From NCBI GenBank assembly GCA_964488645.1, contig CAZAVK010000003.1, positions 43,145-107,144 on the forward strand: a stretch of 64,000 bases of DNA. The letters are read 5' to 3'. This DNA is from an uncultured Rikenella sp. (GTDB taxonomy: Bacteria; Bacteroidota; Bacteroidia; Bacteroidales; VadinHA17). Below the pieces are notes generated by a model. That model was not told the origin of the DNA and searched no databases. It saw only the letters and a program-made list of their open reading frames with translations. The position numbers were made by a program, and so were the translations under genes. Of this stretch, positions 29,701-38,449 are shown piece after piece. Within the stretch, counting starts at the first letter, position 1, and every line of letters starts with the position of its first letter.

Positions 29701-30083
29701 ACCTCATTCTCCTTGAAGCGTCGGGCTGTCTCCCTGACGATGGCAAAAGCCAGCGGCAACACCTCATCGAGCTTCTTCTCTATCTTGATAAGCACCTCCT
29801 TGTCGAGCTTGTCCACCTGGTTGTAGAGCTCCTCCTTGCGATAGACATCCTCTTCATTTTCAGCTTCTCTCCGTAGCTCACTTATCTCCTTCTCTTCCTG
29901 TGAGATAAAGCTTCTCACCTCTTCTCGGAGTTCAAGGCTTCGCTCCCGGAGTCCGTCATGTGAGAGAGGGGTAAGTTGTTCAGCCTCCTTCTGAATTTTT
30001 GCGATAAAGGGGTTGATCTCTTTAAGGTCACGCTCCTCCTTGTTTCCAAGGAATATGGATAATATTTTATCTATGGCACTCAT
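26748..30083 (-). CDS. secA: preprotein translocase ATPase SecA
   Basis: MATGEGKTL (Walker A), [18 protein letters not shown] and [10 protein letters not shown], plus the C-terminal zinc motif [14 protein letters not shown]. Start set at ATG 30083 ([13 protein letters not shown]), downstream of the TAATTTTG box. Confidence 0.95.
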   Translation of the reverse strand: MSAIDKILSIFLGNKEERDLKEINPFIAKIQKEAEQLTPLSHDGLRERSLELREEVRSFISQEEKEISELRREAENEEDVYRKEELYNQVDKLDKEVLIKIEKKLDEVLPLAFAIVRETARRFKENEVLEVTARDWDRELAAHRPSITVSGEKAYWKNRWIAGGNEIVWDMVHYDVQLIGGVALHKGKISEMATGEGKTLVATLPVFLNALAGRGVHIVTVNDYLSKRDSEWMGPLYEFHGLTVDCIDKHEPNSPARRKAYNSDVTFGTNNEFGFDYLRDNMAINPEDLVQRKHHYAIVDEVDSVLIDDARTPLIISGPTAKSDTMQFDEYKGKVEKLVSAQRRLVTQLLADSKKLLAEGDTDKGGMLLLRAYKGLPKNSALIKYLSEEGIRTQLQKTENFYMQNNSKEMPKVTEELYFVIDEKANSIELTEKGHDLISTSVEDASFFVLPDVGSQIADIERNISDEKEKMRAKDELLQDFAMKSERVHTMTQLMKAYTLFEKDVEYVVMDNKVKIVDEQTGRILEGRRYSDGLHQAIEAKENVKVEAATQTYATITLQNYFRMYHKLAGMTGTAITEAGEFWNIYKLDVVVIPTNVPVIRDDREDLVYKTKREKYNAVIDEIVSLNKAGRPVLVGTTSVEISELLSRMLKMKGLKHNVLNAKLHQREAEIVAEAGKTGTITIATNMAGRGTDIKLTPEVKKAGGLAIIGTERHESRRVDRQLRGRAGRQGDPGSSQFFVSLEDDLMRLFGSERIAGIMDRLGLKDGEMIQHQMITRSIERAQKKVEENNFGIRKRLLEYDDVMNSQREVIYSKRRHALLGERLAVDIANMMYDVTENVTTTYKDTSDWEEFQLALIRSLSIDSPVPRSDFIKGSDQEVTDAVYARVLEAYRRKGEVISATAYPVLKDVYERMSGTYENVVVPITDGVRTYNVITNLQASVESEGKELLRSFEKTAVLATIDDAWREHLREMDDLKQAVQAATYEQKDPLLIYKFESFELFKAVVNKVNQDVVSLLMKGTIPVAPENVRQAQHRRQTDHSRLRTQKSDFDSYRGGDGGAPDQRQRQMAPVRVEKKVGRNELCPCGSGKKYKHCHGQGAAQAGTTGGLMSDR

Positions 30084-30106
30084 TGTTCCTCTCTTAAAAA
30101 ACAGTG

Positions 30107-30114
30107 CAAAATTA
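30107..30114 (-). promoter_or_regulatory. -7 promoter box TAnnTTTG (TAATTTTG) for secA
   Basis: Plus-strand caaaatta is the reverse complement of TAATTTTG. It lies 24 nt upstream of ATG 30083. Confidence 0.55.
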
Positions 30115-30249
30115 ATACAATTTACGGTTTCAGGGGGTAAAAACAGTCTGCAAAGAGCCTTCCGCATGTCATGGGCTCTGTTGCAGCCGGGTTAACCTGC
30201 TGTAACGGAGGCCTGCTTTTTTGCGGGGGGGTGTGAGTGCGGGCAGGCC

Positions 30250-30284
30250 GGAAAAAGGAAAGCCGGACACCGGGTCCGGCTTTC
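30250..30284 (-). terminator. intrinsic terminator of the ferritin gene
   Basis: 11-bp stem gaaagccggac (30258-30268) with gtccggctttc (30274-30284). On the minus strand it is followed by CUUUUUCC. Confidence 0.8.
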
Positions 30285-30317
30285 ATGATCAATGCCAGGG
30301 CTGAAAGGGCATCCCTT

Positions 30318-30809
30318 CTAGTCGTCGGCTCTCATCTTCATTATGTCTCGGTCAAGCATATAGAGGCCTTTGGGTCCTGCAAGCTTCAGCTTGTCTATTA
30401 TGGCCTGCGCGCTGCTCTCTTCCTCAACCTGCTCTGCAACAAACCACTGTATCCAGTTTACCGTGGCAAAGTCCTTCTCGGCCATGGCTGTCTGCAGCAC
30501 CTCATTGATACTGGCTGAGATAAACTGTTCATGCTTCAGTACCTCATCAAACATTTCGGCCACACCCTTGAACTTTACCGGCGGTTTTGCAAAGGCCGGC
30601 ACTTCGGCTGCTCCGCCGCGGTCATTGACGTACCTCATGAACTTGAGCATATGCTCTTTCTCCTCATCTGCCTGGGCATAAAGCCAGTTGGCTATCCCGG
30701 CAAGTCCTTCCGTCTCTGCCCATGAAGCCATGGCGAGGTAAAGGTTTGAAGAATATCCTTCTCTTTCAATCTGACGGTTGCAGATCTCGTGTACTTTTTT
30801 TGTCAACAT
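30318..30809 (-). CDS. ftnA: ferritin (non-heme, Ftn type)
   Basis: QIEREGYSSNLYLAMASW...AQADEEKEHMLKF carries the ferroxidase-centre residues of the ferritin family. Confidence 0.85.
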   Translation of the reverse strand: MLTKKVHEICNRQIEREGYSSNLYLAMASWAETEGLAGIANWLYAQADEEKEHMLKFMRYVNDRGGAAEVPAFAKPPVKFKGVAEMFDEVLKHEQFISASINEVLQTAMAEKDFATVNWIQWFVAEQVEEESSAQAIIDKLKLAGPKGLYMLDRDIMKMRADD

Positions 30810-30857
30810 CGTATTATGATTTTTAAGGTTCTGTTATACGTCTATAAAACAATCAGA

Positions 30858-30865
30858 CAAATATA
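30858..30865 (-). promoter_or_regulatory. -7 promoter box TAnnTTTG (TATATTTG) for ferritin
   Basis: Plus-strand caaatata is the reverse complement of TATATTTG. It lies about 50 nt upstream of ATG 30809 and just after the response-regulator stop codon. Confidence 0.5.
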
Positions 30866-30869
30866 ATGT

Positions 30870-31235
30870 TTATCCGATCAGTTCTTTTACTTTCTGAACC
30901 AGTTCAGCGTGGTGGAAGGGTTTTGACATCACCGCGTCTGCGCCCAGTTTTCCGGCAATTTTCAGGTAGCTCCCCGGCCCGGCCTTTCCTCCGCCGCTGA
31001 TAGCGATGAAGCGGGTTTGCGGTTTCAGCTCCCTGATTTTCATGATTACGGCAATCCCGTCCTCCTCGGGCATCAGCAAATCGGTTATAACCAGATCAAC
31101 CACAGAGGGTTTGAAGCGTGCCATTGCTTCCCTTCCGTCGGCTGCGGTTATTACGGTATATTTCCGGTTCTCAAATGTCTCCCTCAGCATCTCCCTGAGG
31201 TCGGCATCATCTTCAACAATCATTATTCCCGGCAT
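30870..31235 (-). CDS. single-domain response regulator (receiver only, CheY-like)
   Basis: 121 aa with IMIVEDD, DLVITDLLMPEEDG (phospho-acceptor Asp) and SKPF. There is no output domain. Confidence 0.85.
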   Translation of the reverse strand: MPGIMIVEDDADLREMLRETFENRKYTVITAADGREAMARFKPSVVDLVITDLLMPEEDGIAVIMKIRELKPQTRFIAISGGGKAGPGSYLKIAGKLGADAVMSKPFHHAELVQKVKELIG

Positions 31236-31261
31236 GCTGTACAGTTTTGAACTACTTACAA

Positions 31262-32089
31262 TCAGCTGGCTGTTTCCGTCTCCGTTACTCCCGGCAAAGA
31301 TATCTCAAAGGTTGTTCCTTCACCGGGTACCGAGCTGACACTGACGTTTCCGCCCATCTCCCTGACCAGGTCATTCACCACCGTCAGTCCTATTCCGCTC
31401 CTGTTTCCGTCGCCGGTGGTATAGAATGGTTTGAATATCTGCCGTACGGTTTTCTCATCCATTCCCTTTCCGGTATCCCTGAAGCTGATTCTCACCAGGC
31501 TCTCCGGCTCTTCTCCGGTGGCAGGGCTATTATCCTGTGTAACAGTAACTGTCAGCGTCCCCCCCTTCTCTCTCATGGCCTGTATTGCGTTCAGCATAAT
31601 ATTCAGCATCACCCTGAAGAGCTGTGCCGGCGGCACCATCACTGCTGCCCTGGGTGCCCTGATGTTCCTCCTGATGGTGACTCCCTCGGGGATTGAGGGT
31701 CTGATATGATCTATCGTATCTGCCAGTACTTCCGTAACCTTAACCGGAACTCTCTTTACGGCTGCCTCTTTCCCGAGCTCGAGCAGCTGGGCTGTCAGCT
31801 GTCTGGCGCGGTCAGCCGCGCTGATTATGCGGCGTATGTTCTCTTCCGTCTTCTCTGTGTCGCCGAGGGTTTCCAGGGCCATTCCGCCATAGCCGTATAT
31901 CAGTGTAAGCACCGAGTTGAGATCATGTGCAATTCCTCCGGCCAGTGCGCCTACCCTGGTATCCGGTGCCGGCCTGTTTTTTGCCGTTCCCGGACCAGTG
32001 GCTGATGAGTCTGTTCCCATATCTGTTACCTGTTTCATAAAGGGTTCTCTCTTTTGCTTCCCGGGAGGCGGTTCATCATATTCCCGCAC
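31262..32089 (-). CDS. sensor-less histidine kinase (HisKA plus HATPase_c only)
   Basis: H-box GGIAHDLNSVL, N-box MLNIMLNAIQAM, and G-boxes FRDTGKGM and GIGLTVV. The region upstream of the H-box is only about 50 aa and has no TM segment. The start could instead be the internal M18. Confidence 0.8.
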   Translation of the reverse strand: MREYDEPPPGKQKREPFMKQVTDMGTDSSATGPGTAKNRPAPDTRVGALAGGIAHDLNSVLTLIYGYGGMALETLGDTEKTEENIRRIISAADRARQLTAQLLELGKEAAVKRVPVKVTEVLADTIDHIRPSIPEGVTIRRNIRAPRAAVMVPPAQLFRVMLNIMLNAIQAMREKGGTLTVTVTQDNSPATGEEPESLVRISFRDTGKGMDEKTVRQIFKPFYTTGDGNRSGIGLTVVNDLVREMGGNVSVSSVPGEGTTFEISLPGVTETETAS

Positions 32090-32117
32090 TGGTACTCATT
32101 CCGCTTCAGCCGCGGGA

Positions 32118-33884
32118 TTATTCAAAATCAAGATTGAAGGTTCGTTTCAGTTCCTTCAGCGAGGGGTTCCTTGCGGCCAGATGGTTGAACTTCTGCTCGG
32201 GAGAATAGAGGATCTCGTTCCGTTCGGTTGGCTCGACCGTTGTTTTCAGTTTAATATAGCCATTCTCCAGTGACTGTCGCAGATGGTTCTCGAGTGGCTG
32301 CCGGAAAGTCTGGTCTATTGTCTCCTTGAGGGTAAGGTTGTCAAGTCTGACCTGTATGGTTCCATCAGGCTCTGCTTCCGGTCTGACCGACCGCAGTGCA
32401 TTGGCTATCCTGGGGCTCTCTTCCATGATCTCTTCCGCGAAGCTTATCCACGCGGCATCGAGCTCTTCTGCAGTGAACTCGCGGCGGGGGATCTCCTGTA
32501 TTGTTTCAGGCGGCGGCTCTGACACCTTCTCCTCCTCCCTTGCATTACCGCTGATCACCTTTCTGATGGAGATCTTTGCCGGTTCATCTGCCGCGGGCGT
32601 TGTCCGTGGCGGGGTCTGGCGGGTGGTCTGTGCCGGCTGCTCCGCTGCTGATACCGGCAGTTGCATATCAGGAGCTGCGGCAGCCGGCCCCTGTGTAGTG
32701 CCTGTACCGGGCGGACCCGCCACAGGGTAATCGCTTTCTGTGGTCAGCGGCCGCTGCTCAGCTTTTTTTTTTGGTTCCTCCCCTGCGGCCCGGCCAGATA
32801 GATTGCACAAGCGAAGCAGGGCCAGCTCAACATGGAGCCGCTGGTTCTTGCTGGCACGGAAATTCAGGAGGCAGTGTGACCCGATATCGAGTGCCCCGTA
32901 GATAAAGGGAAGCGGTGAGACGGCAGCCTGCCTGGCATAGCGCTGCCTGATCAGCGGAGAGGTCTCAAGCAGCCTGACCGTCACCTCATCACGGCTCACC
33001 AGCAGGTCTCGCATATGGCTGTTGAGCCCCGCCATGAAGTTATAGCCATCGAATCCCTTGTTCAGTATCTCATTGTAAGTGAGCAACACCGACGACACAT
33101 CTCCCTCCAGCGCTGCATCAACTATGCGGAAATAGTACTCATAGTCAAGTACATTTAGATTGGTGATCACATCGGCATAAGTGATGCTCCTGCCGCTGAA
33201 ACTGACTATCTGGTCGAAGATCGACAGGGCATCGCGCATGGCGCCGTCAGCCTTGGTTGCAATCACGTGCAGTGCCTCATGCTCGGCGGTAACACCCTCA
33301 TTGCCCGCCACCCAGCTCAGCCTGGCTACGATATCATCGACGCCGATGCGGTTGAAGTCGAAGATCTGGCAACGCGAAAGGATTGTGGGAATTATCTTGT
33401 GCTTCTCGGTGGTGGCCAGGATGAATATAACGTGGGCGGGAGGCTCCTCAAGTGTCTTGAGAAATGCATTGAAAGCCGACGGCGACAACATATGCACCTC
33501 ATCGATGATGTAGACACTGTACTTGCCTATCTGTGGCGGTATCCGCACCTGGTCAGTCAGGTTGCGTATATCATCAACGCTGTTGTTGGAGGCAGCATCA
33601 AGCTCATGTATATTGAATGATGCCTGTGAGTTGAATGAGGTGCATGACTCGCACTTGTCACATGGTTCGCCCTCCGGAGAGATATCCGAACAGTTGATCG
33701 TCTTGGCAAAAATACGGGCGCAGGTGGTCTTCCCCACTCCCCTCGGCCCGCAGAAAAGATACGCCTGGGCAAGCATGTTGTTCCTGATGGCATTCTTCAG
33801 GGTGGTGGTAATGGTGTCCTGTCCCACCACCATATCAAAGGTTGCAGGCCTGTATTTGCGGGCAGAAACAATAAAATTATCCAT
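32118..33884 (-). CDS. dnaX: DNA polymerase III subunit tau (dnaX); a possible gamma product from slippage at codons 371-374
   Basis: GPRGVGKTT, the Zn module CDKCESC, IIDEVHML and SRCQ, followed by a Pro/Thr/Ala-rich linker and a tau C-terminus. Confidence 0.95.
   Translation of the reverse strand: MDNFIVSARKYRPATFDMVVGQDTITTTLKNAIRNNMLAQAYLFCGPRGVGKTTCARIFAKTINCSDISPEGEPCDKCESCTSFNSQASFNIHELDAASNNSVDDIRNLTDQVRIPPQIGKYSVYIIDEVHMLSPSAFNAFLKTLEEPPAHVIFILATTEKHKIIPTILSRCQIFDFNRIGVDDIVARLSWVAGNEGVTAEHEALHVIATKADGAMRDALSIFDQIVSFSGRSITYADVITNLNVLDYEYYFRIVDAALEGDVSSVLLTYNEILNKGFDGYNFMAGLNSHMRDLLVSRDEVTVRLLETSPLIRQRYARQAAVSPLPFIYGALDIGSHCLLNFRASKNQRLHVELALLRLCNLSGRAAGEEPKKKAEQRPLTTESDYPVAGPPGTGTTQGPAAAAPDMQLPVSAAEQPAQTTRQTPPRTTPAADEPAKISIRKVISGNAREEEKVSEPPPETIQEIPRREFTAEELDAAWISFAEEIMEESPRIANALRSVRPEAEPDGTIQVRLDNLTLKETIDQTFRQPLENHLRQSLENGYIKLKTTVEPTERNEILYSPEQKFNHLAARNPSLKELKRTFNLDFE
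32763..32772 (-). other. A10 slippery run in dnaX (CCA AAA AAA AAA GCU GAG); candidate -1 frameshift or transcriptional slippage site
   Basis: T10 on the plus strand at 32763-32772. The -1 frame reads AAA AAA AAA AGC UGA. The site lies directly after clamp-loader domain III. Confidence 0.5.
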
Positions 33885-33918
33885 ACCGGGTTAAACAGTA
33901 ATATAGAGATACAGGAGA

Positions 33919-33926
33919 CAAATATA
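33919..33926 (-). promoter_or_regulatory. -7 promoter box TAnnTTTG (TATATTTG) for dnaX
   Basis: Plus-strand caaatata is the reverse complement of TATATTTG. It lies 35 nt upstream of ATG 33884. Confidence 0.5.
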
Positions 33927-33969
33927 GTCAAATAGTTTTCCTAATATTTTTTTTGAAAATTAATTGTCT

Positions 33970-33977
33970 TACTTTTG
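33970..33977 (+). promoter_or_regulatory. -7 promoter box TAnnTTTG (TACTTTTG) for rpsF-rpsR-rplI
   Basis: An exact match, 40 nt upstream of ATG 34017. A T-rich stretch with TTTG sits upstream at 33952-33955. Confidence 0.6.
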
Positions 33978-34016
33978 CAACCCGATTTAATCAAACCAAA
34001 TTAAACCAATTAAGAG

Positions 34017-34370
34017 ATGTTGAATCAGTACGAAACCGTTTTCATTGCAACTCCCGTTTTGTCTGAGAATCAGATGAAGGAAGCGGTTCAGAAGTTCAAG
34101 AAGATCATCACTGACAACGAAGGTGAGATTGTTCATGAAGAGAACTGGGGTCTGAAGAAACTCGCTTATCCAATTCAGAAGAAGTCGACCGGGTTTTATT
34201 ACCTGGTTGAGTTCCGCGGGCCGGGTGAGCTGGTAGACAAACTGGAAGTTCAGTACAGGAGGGATGAGAGGATCATCCGCTTCCTGACATTCCGTATGGA
34301 CAAGTATGCCATTGAGTATGCTGAGAGGAAAAGAAAAATGAAGGAAACCGAAAAAGTCAGTGAGGAGTAG
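34017..34370 (+). CDS. rpsF: 30S ribosomal protein S6
   Basis: [13 protein letters not shown]...[10 protein letters not shown]; sits in rpsF-rpsR-rplI order. Confidence 0.95.
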   Translation: MLNQYETVFIATPVLSENQMKEAVQKFKKIITDNEGEIVHEENWGLKKLAYPIQKKSTGFYYLVEFRGPGELVDKLEVQYRRDERIIRFLTFRMDKYAIEYAERKRKMKETEKVSEE

Positions 34371-34372
34371 TT

Positions 34373-34642
34373 ATGGCACAGGGAAATTCAGAAATCAGGT
34401 ACCTGACACCGCCGACAGTAGAGATCAAGAAGAAGAAGTACTGCAGGTTCAGGAAGAACAAGATCAAGTATATTGACTACAAGGATCCGGAGTTTCTAAA
34501 GAAGTTTCTCAATGAGCAGGGGAAGATTCTTCCGCGCCGTCTCACCGGCACCTCGCTCAAGTACCAGAGGCGTGTTGCCAGGGCTATCAAGCGCTCGCGC
34601 CATCTTGCGATGCTTCCTTATGTTGCTGACCTTTTAAAGTAG
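34373..34642 (+). CDS. rpsR: 30S ribosomal protein S18
   Basis: [18 protein letters not shown]...ILPRRLTG...[19 protein letters not shown]. Confidence 0.95.
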   Translation: MAQGNSEIRYLTPPTVEIKKKKYCRFRKNKIKYIDYKDPEFLKKFLNEQGKILPRRLTGTSLKYQRRVARAIKRSRHLAMLPYVADLLK

Positions 34643-34655
34643 TGGAGGAGAAGAG

Positions 34656-35102
34656 ATGAAGGTTATATTAAGGCAGGATATAGAGAAGCTGGGACAGAAA
34701 GACGATGTGGTCACTGTCAGGACAGGTTATGCACGGAACTATCTTATCCCCAGGGGTTACGCTGTTCAGGCCACCGATTCGGCCATAAAGGTTCACAATG
34801 AGAACCTGCGTCAGCGTGCCCATAAGGAGGCGAAGATCAGGCAGGAGGCTGAGGATCTGGCAGCCAGGCTGGCCGATGTGAAGCTGGTCATAGGTGCCAA
34901 GGTTAGCTCGGCAGGAAAGATCTTCGGGTCGGTCAACACCATTCAACTGGCTGAAGCATTCAGCTCAAAGGGTTTTGAGATTGACCGCAAGAACATCATC
35001 CTCGGTGAGGAGGCTATCAAGGAGACGGGCAGCTACAAGGCCGTTGTCAGGCTTCACCGCGAGGTTAAGGTTGAGGTGGAGTTTGACGTTGTCGCCGAAT
35101 AG
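34656..35102 (+). CDS. rplI: 50S ribosomal protein L9
   Basis: MKVILRQDIEKLGQKDDVVTVRTGYARNYLIP. Confidence 0.95.
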   Translation: MKVILRQDIEKLGQKDDVVTVRTGYARNYLIPRGYAVQATDSAIKVHNENLRQRAHKEAKIRQEAEDLAARLADVKLVIGAKVSSAGKIFGSVNTIQLAEAFSSKGFEIDRKNIILGEEAIKETGSYKAVVRLHREVKVEVEFDVVAE

Positions 35103-35129
35103 GACACAACAATCATACAATGACAGAAC

Positions 35130-35160
35130 GGGAGGCTGCCCTTTTAAGGTGCAGCCTCCC
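35130..35160. terminator. hairpin between the convergent rplI and ridA genes
   Basis: 10-bp stem gggaggctgc with gcagcctccc and an 11-nt loop. The U-tract is weak. Confidence 0.5.
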
Positions 35161-35244
35161 CTCGTTATGTAAACTGTCCGGCAGCGGGTGAGAGGGTATT
35201 GTGTCCGCCAGGTTGATCCGGCCCGGTAACGGAACCGTCACTCT

Positions 35245-35622
35245 CTATTTCACTGCCACGGTCTCGATCTCTATCAGTGCCCCCAGCGGCAGCCCCTTCA
35301 CTGCAAATGCGGCCCTGGCAGGCTGATCGGAGGTATAGTACCTTGCATAGACCTCATTCATTGCCTTGAAATCAGACATGTCAGAGAGCAGGCAGGTAGA
35401 CTTGACCACATTCCCGAGGGTATAGCCGGCTGCCTCCAGTATTGCCTTCACATTCTCAAGTACCTGTCTGGTCTGTTCAGTGATGCCGCCATCCACTATC
35501 TTTCCGGTAGCCGGATCTATCGGTACCTGTCCCGAGATATAGAGTGTACCGTTGGCCTCTACAGCCTGACTGTAGGGACCGATTGCGCCCGGAGCCTTGC
35601 TGGTGCTGATAATCTTTTTCAT
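35245..35622 (-). CDS. ridA: RidA family reactive-intermediate/imine deaminase
   Basis: 125 aa. [12 protein letters not shown]...LYISGQVP...[19 protein letters not shown] matches the YjgF/RidA family. Confidence 0.9.
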   Translation of the reverse strand: MKKIISTSKAPGAIGPYSQAVEANGTLYISGQVPIDPATGKIVDGGITEQTRQVLENVKAILEAAGYTLGNVVKSTCLLSDMSDFKAMNEVYARYYTSDQPARAAFAVKGLPLGALIEIETVAVK

Positions 35623-35640
35623 ACTGTTTTGGTTTAATGG

Positions 35641-38403
35641 TTAGTAGTTTTCATGGAAGTCCTTTCTCCTCTCATATTTCAGATCCTGCAACATACTGCC
35701 CCTGGCCCGTATGGTGAAGCTCCAGCTCTTCATGTAGCCGGTGGGAATCCATGAGAAGCTCATATCCCAGCAGTGCAGGTCGCGGCTGATGCCAACCCGT
35801 GTCATGGTAATAGCCTTTTGCGTGAAGTCGTAGCCGGTATTGTAGTTTATGGCCATCTTTGATGTCAGCTTCAGATCTCCTGACAGGCTTACAGACTGCA
35901 TCGCGGTTCCTTTCAGTCCCTGCTTGTTGTAGCCGTAGTTGTATGCCACTCTGAGTGACCATGGCACATCGAACCGTGCATAGCCATACTCATCGAGGCT
36001 CTGGTTTGTCAGTGGCAGGTTGCTGCCCGGAGCCCCTCCAGGTGGTCCGCCCGGCCTTGTATCCTCCCCGGGGCGCTGTACCGGTCCTTCCCTTCCGCTC
36101 CTCTCCCGGCCGCCGAGGAGCTGGCCCAGATCGAAGTCTACACTGGCATTGAAGTTGAGCATACGGGCCAGGCCAAGCCCCTGGCTGACAGCCAGCTGGC
36201 TTACCGAAGCGCCCTTGTCATTAATGCCGTAGATTGAAAATGCGGAGCTGGCCTGTATGTTTATGTTCTGTGCCAGGGTGGTCCGGAATGACATGTTTAC
36301 CGGCGACCAGTTCAGTGAGTCGGCAAAGATATTGTAGCTGGTATTCATTGAGAGGTTCTCAATCAGCTTCACCTTGCGCGGCTTACCGGTGGTGTCATTG
36401 CGGGCGTACACCTTTGCCTCGACAATGTTTGAAAGGCTGAATGAGACCGATCCTGACCGCCGGCCGGTGGAGGGAGTGCCGTACATACTTCCCTCATAGA
36501 TAGAATACTCCCTCATCCTGCCGGTAGTGTCATACTGAACCATGCGGTACATGTCACTGGTAAGCCTGTCAGTGTTGGGTGAATAGGAAAAGCTGACCGA
36601 GGGTCTCATGACGTGCCTGATGGACTCAACCCGTGATCGCTTCCCGGTGAACTGAAACAGTCCGTAAACGGTAGGGTTAAATGATGCGCCGATACCCGGA
36701 ACCAGCGCCTGGCCGTAAGTGAGCCCCCGGATGGTATCATTGACAACCGAGGGTATGACCAGGTTTTTGCTCTCATCATAGTAGTCGGGATCCCATCTCT
36801 TCTCGATCTTCTGGGTGTAGAGAACACCGGTATATCTCAGCGAGGGGGAGATGGAGAAGTTGTTGAACGGCCTCACCTGGAAGCTGAGCGGGATCTCATG
36901 CTTGAAGCCGTTCCGCATATTCTTCCAGACCGACCTTGTAAAGAGCAGGCTGTCATAGGTATTGATCTGGTTCTCAAACGAGGCGGTATACTGTGTGGTA
37001 ATATCGTGATACCATTTGCTCTTCCCGGCAAAATTCTTCGGCCTGAACGGATAGATGCGCGAGACGCTGAACTGCGCCTGCGGCAGCTTGAGCTGCATCG
37101 TCTTGTTCTGCACGTTCTGCGTCTGGTTCAGGCTGGTGGAAAAGTTGAACGGGGTACCCTCCCATCTCCGCTGGTAGCTGATGCTTGACTGCCTGGTGGT
37201 GGTGACGTGCTGGGTAACGTCATAGCTGTTGTTGCGGTCATAGCCGCTTGAGCTCATATTCACGCTGGCCGAGAACTGTGAGCCGGGGTTCGCCTTGGCA
37301 TCCTGTGAGTGTGACCATTTGATGCTGTAGTTCGACAGCTTGCTGTAGTCAGGCATGCCCCTGTAACTTTCAATATTGTTTGCATAGCTGAACCCGATGG
37401 AGCCTGAGAAGCGGTATCTCAGCCGGTAGGTGGTGGCGGCATCGGCCAGCCAGGTGCCGTTGGTGTAGACGGTGCCCGTCAGCTTCAGGTCGAAGTAATC
37501 GCTCAACGCAAAATAGTATCCGCCATTCTGCAGGAAATATCCCCGCCGGGCCTCCTGTCCGTACCTGGGCATCACAATGCCCGAAGCCCTCTTCTGCTGC
37601 ACCGGGAAGAAGCCGAAAGGGAGTATCAGCGGGAGCGGAATGTCTGCCACCACCATGTATGCAGGGCCGGAGACGATCTTCTCCCCCGGGTAGACCTTTG
37701 CCTTCGGAAGGGCCAGGTAGAAATGGGGCTCATCGGCATCACAGGTGGTGAACCTGCTGCGGTTGACATGCAGGGTACCGTCATCATGCCTCTTGGTGGT
37801 CTGGCTCTTAAGGAACCCTCCCTCCTGCTCGGTGGTCACATTCCGGATTAGGCCCTGCTTCGACTTGAAATTATAGGTTATCTGTTCAGACTCAAACTCC
37901 TCGGCCTTGTCCTTATAAACCGGCTTGCCTGTTCTGGCCGCAGCGCTGTCGAGTCTGTATGTGGCAAACAGCGATCCGGTATCCATATCGAGGACAATGG
38001 TATCGGCTGTCAGCTCCATCGTCCCGTAGGTAAGCTTCGCGCGCTGCACCAGGAACTCCTTCCGCTGACGCAGGTCAGTCTTTATATATCCGTCAGAGAG
38101 GTAGTGTATCGGTTCATCCACGGCATCAGGAGATATGGTCAGCCGCTTCATCCGCGAAAGCGAGTCGAGCTTCTGCAGCCAGGGATCACCCTTCAGGGTG
38201 TCACTCACGGCCTGCAGGCTGTCAGCCGGGGCTGTGGCAGCCACCTTCACCGTATCGGGCAGTGCCTTCCGGAGAGTATCATGCCTGACCGGCTCCTGGG
38301 CATGCAATGCAGGCAAAAAAAGCAGTGGCACAAATATTGTCACAAACAGTCTTCGTGAGGCAGAATGGAAGTTAAATGCTATTTTTGCGTAAATTTTAAG
38401 CAT
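35641..38403 (-). CDS. lptD: putative LPS-assembly protein LptD (Bacteroidota type)
   Basis: 920 aa with a signal peptide (...LLFLPALHAQ), an OstA-like N-terminal region, and a long beta-strand-rich, aromatic-rich C-terminus ending in an aromatic residue. It is divergent from the amidase gene, as is usual in Bacteroidota. Confidence 0.6.
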   Translation of the reverse strand: MLKIYAKIAFNFHSASRRLFVTIFVPLLFLPALHAQEPVRHDTLRKALPDTVKVAATAPADSLQAVSDTLKGDPWLQKLDSLSRMKRLTISPDAVDEPIHYLSDGYIKTDLRQRKEFLVQRAKLTYGTMELTADTIVLDMDTGSLFATYRLDSAAARTGKPVYKDKAEEFESEQITYNFKSKQGLIRNVTTEQEGGFLKSQTTKRHDDGTLHVNRSRFTTCDADEPHFYLALPKAKVYPGEKIVSGPAYMVVADIPLPLILPFGFFPVQQKRASGIVMPRYGQEARRGYFLQNGGYYFALSDYFDLKLTGTVYTNGTWLADAATTYRLRYRFSGSIGFSYANNIESYRGMPDYSKLSNYSIKWSHSQDAKANPGSQFSASVNMSSSGYDRNNSYDVTQHVTTTRQSSISYQRRWEGTPFNFSTSLNQTQNVQNKTMQLKLPQAQFSVSRIYPFRPKNFAGKSKWYHDITTQYTASFENQINTYDSLLFTRSVWKNMRNGFKHEIPLSFQVRPFNNFSISPSLRYTGVLYTQKIEKRWDPDYYDESKNLVIPSVVNDTIRGLTYGQALVPGIGASFNPTVYGLFQFTGKRSRVESIRHVMRPSVSFSYSPNTDRLTSDMYRMVQYDTTGRMREYSIYEGSMYGTPSTGRRSGSVSFSLSNIVEAKVYARNDTTGKPRKVKLIENLSMNTSYNIFADSLNWSPVNMSFRTTLAQNINIQASSAFSIYGINDKGASVSQLAVSQGLGLARMLNFNASVDFDLGQLLGGRERSGREGPVQRPGEDTRPGGPPGGAPGSNLPLTNQSLDEYGYARFDVPWSLRVAYNYGYNKQGLKGTAMQSVSLSGDLKLTSKMAINYNTGYDFTQKAITMTRVGISRDLHCWDMSFSWIPTGYMKSWSFTIRARGSMLQDLKYERRKDFHENY

Positions 38404-38449
38404 CTTCTTGGAGCCGGTGACAAAACTAATTAAAATTCACTCAGCTGTA

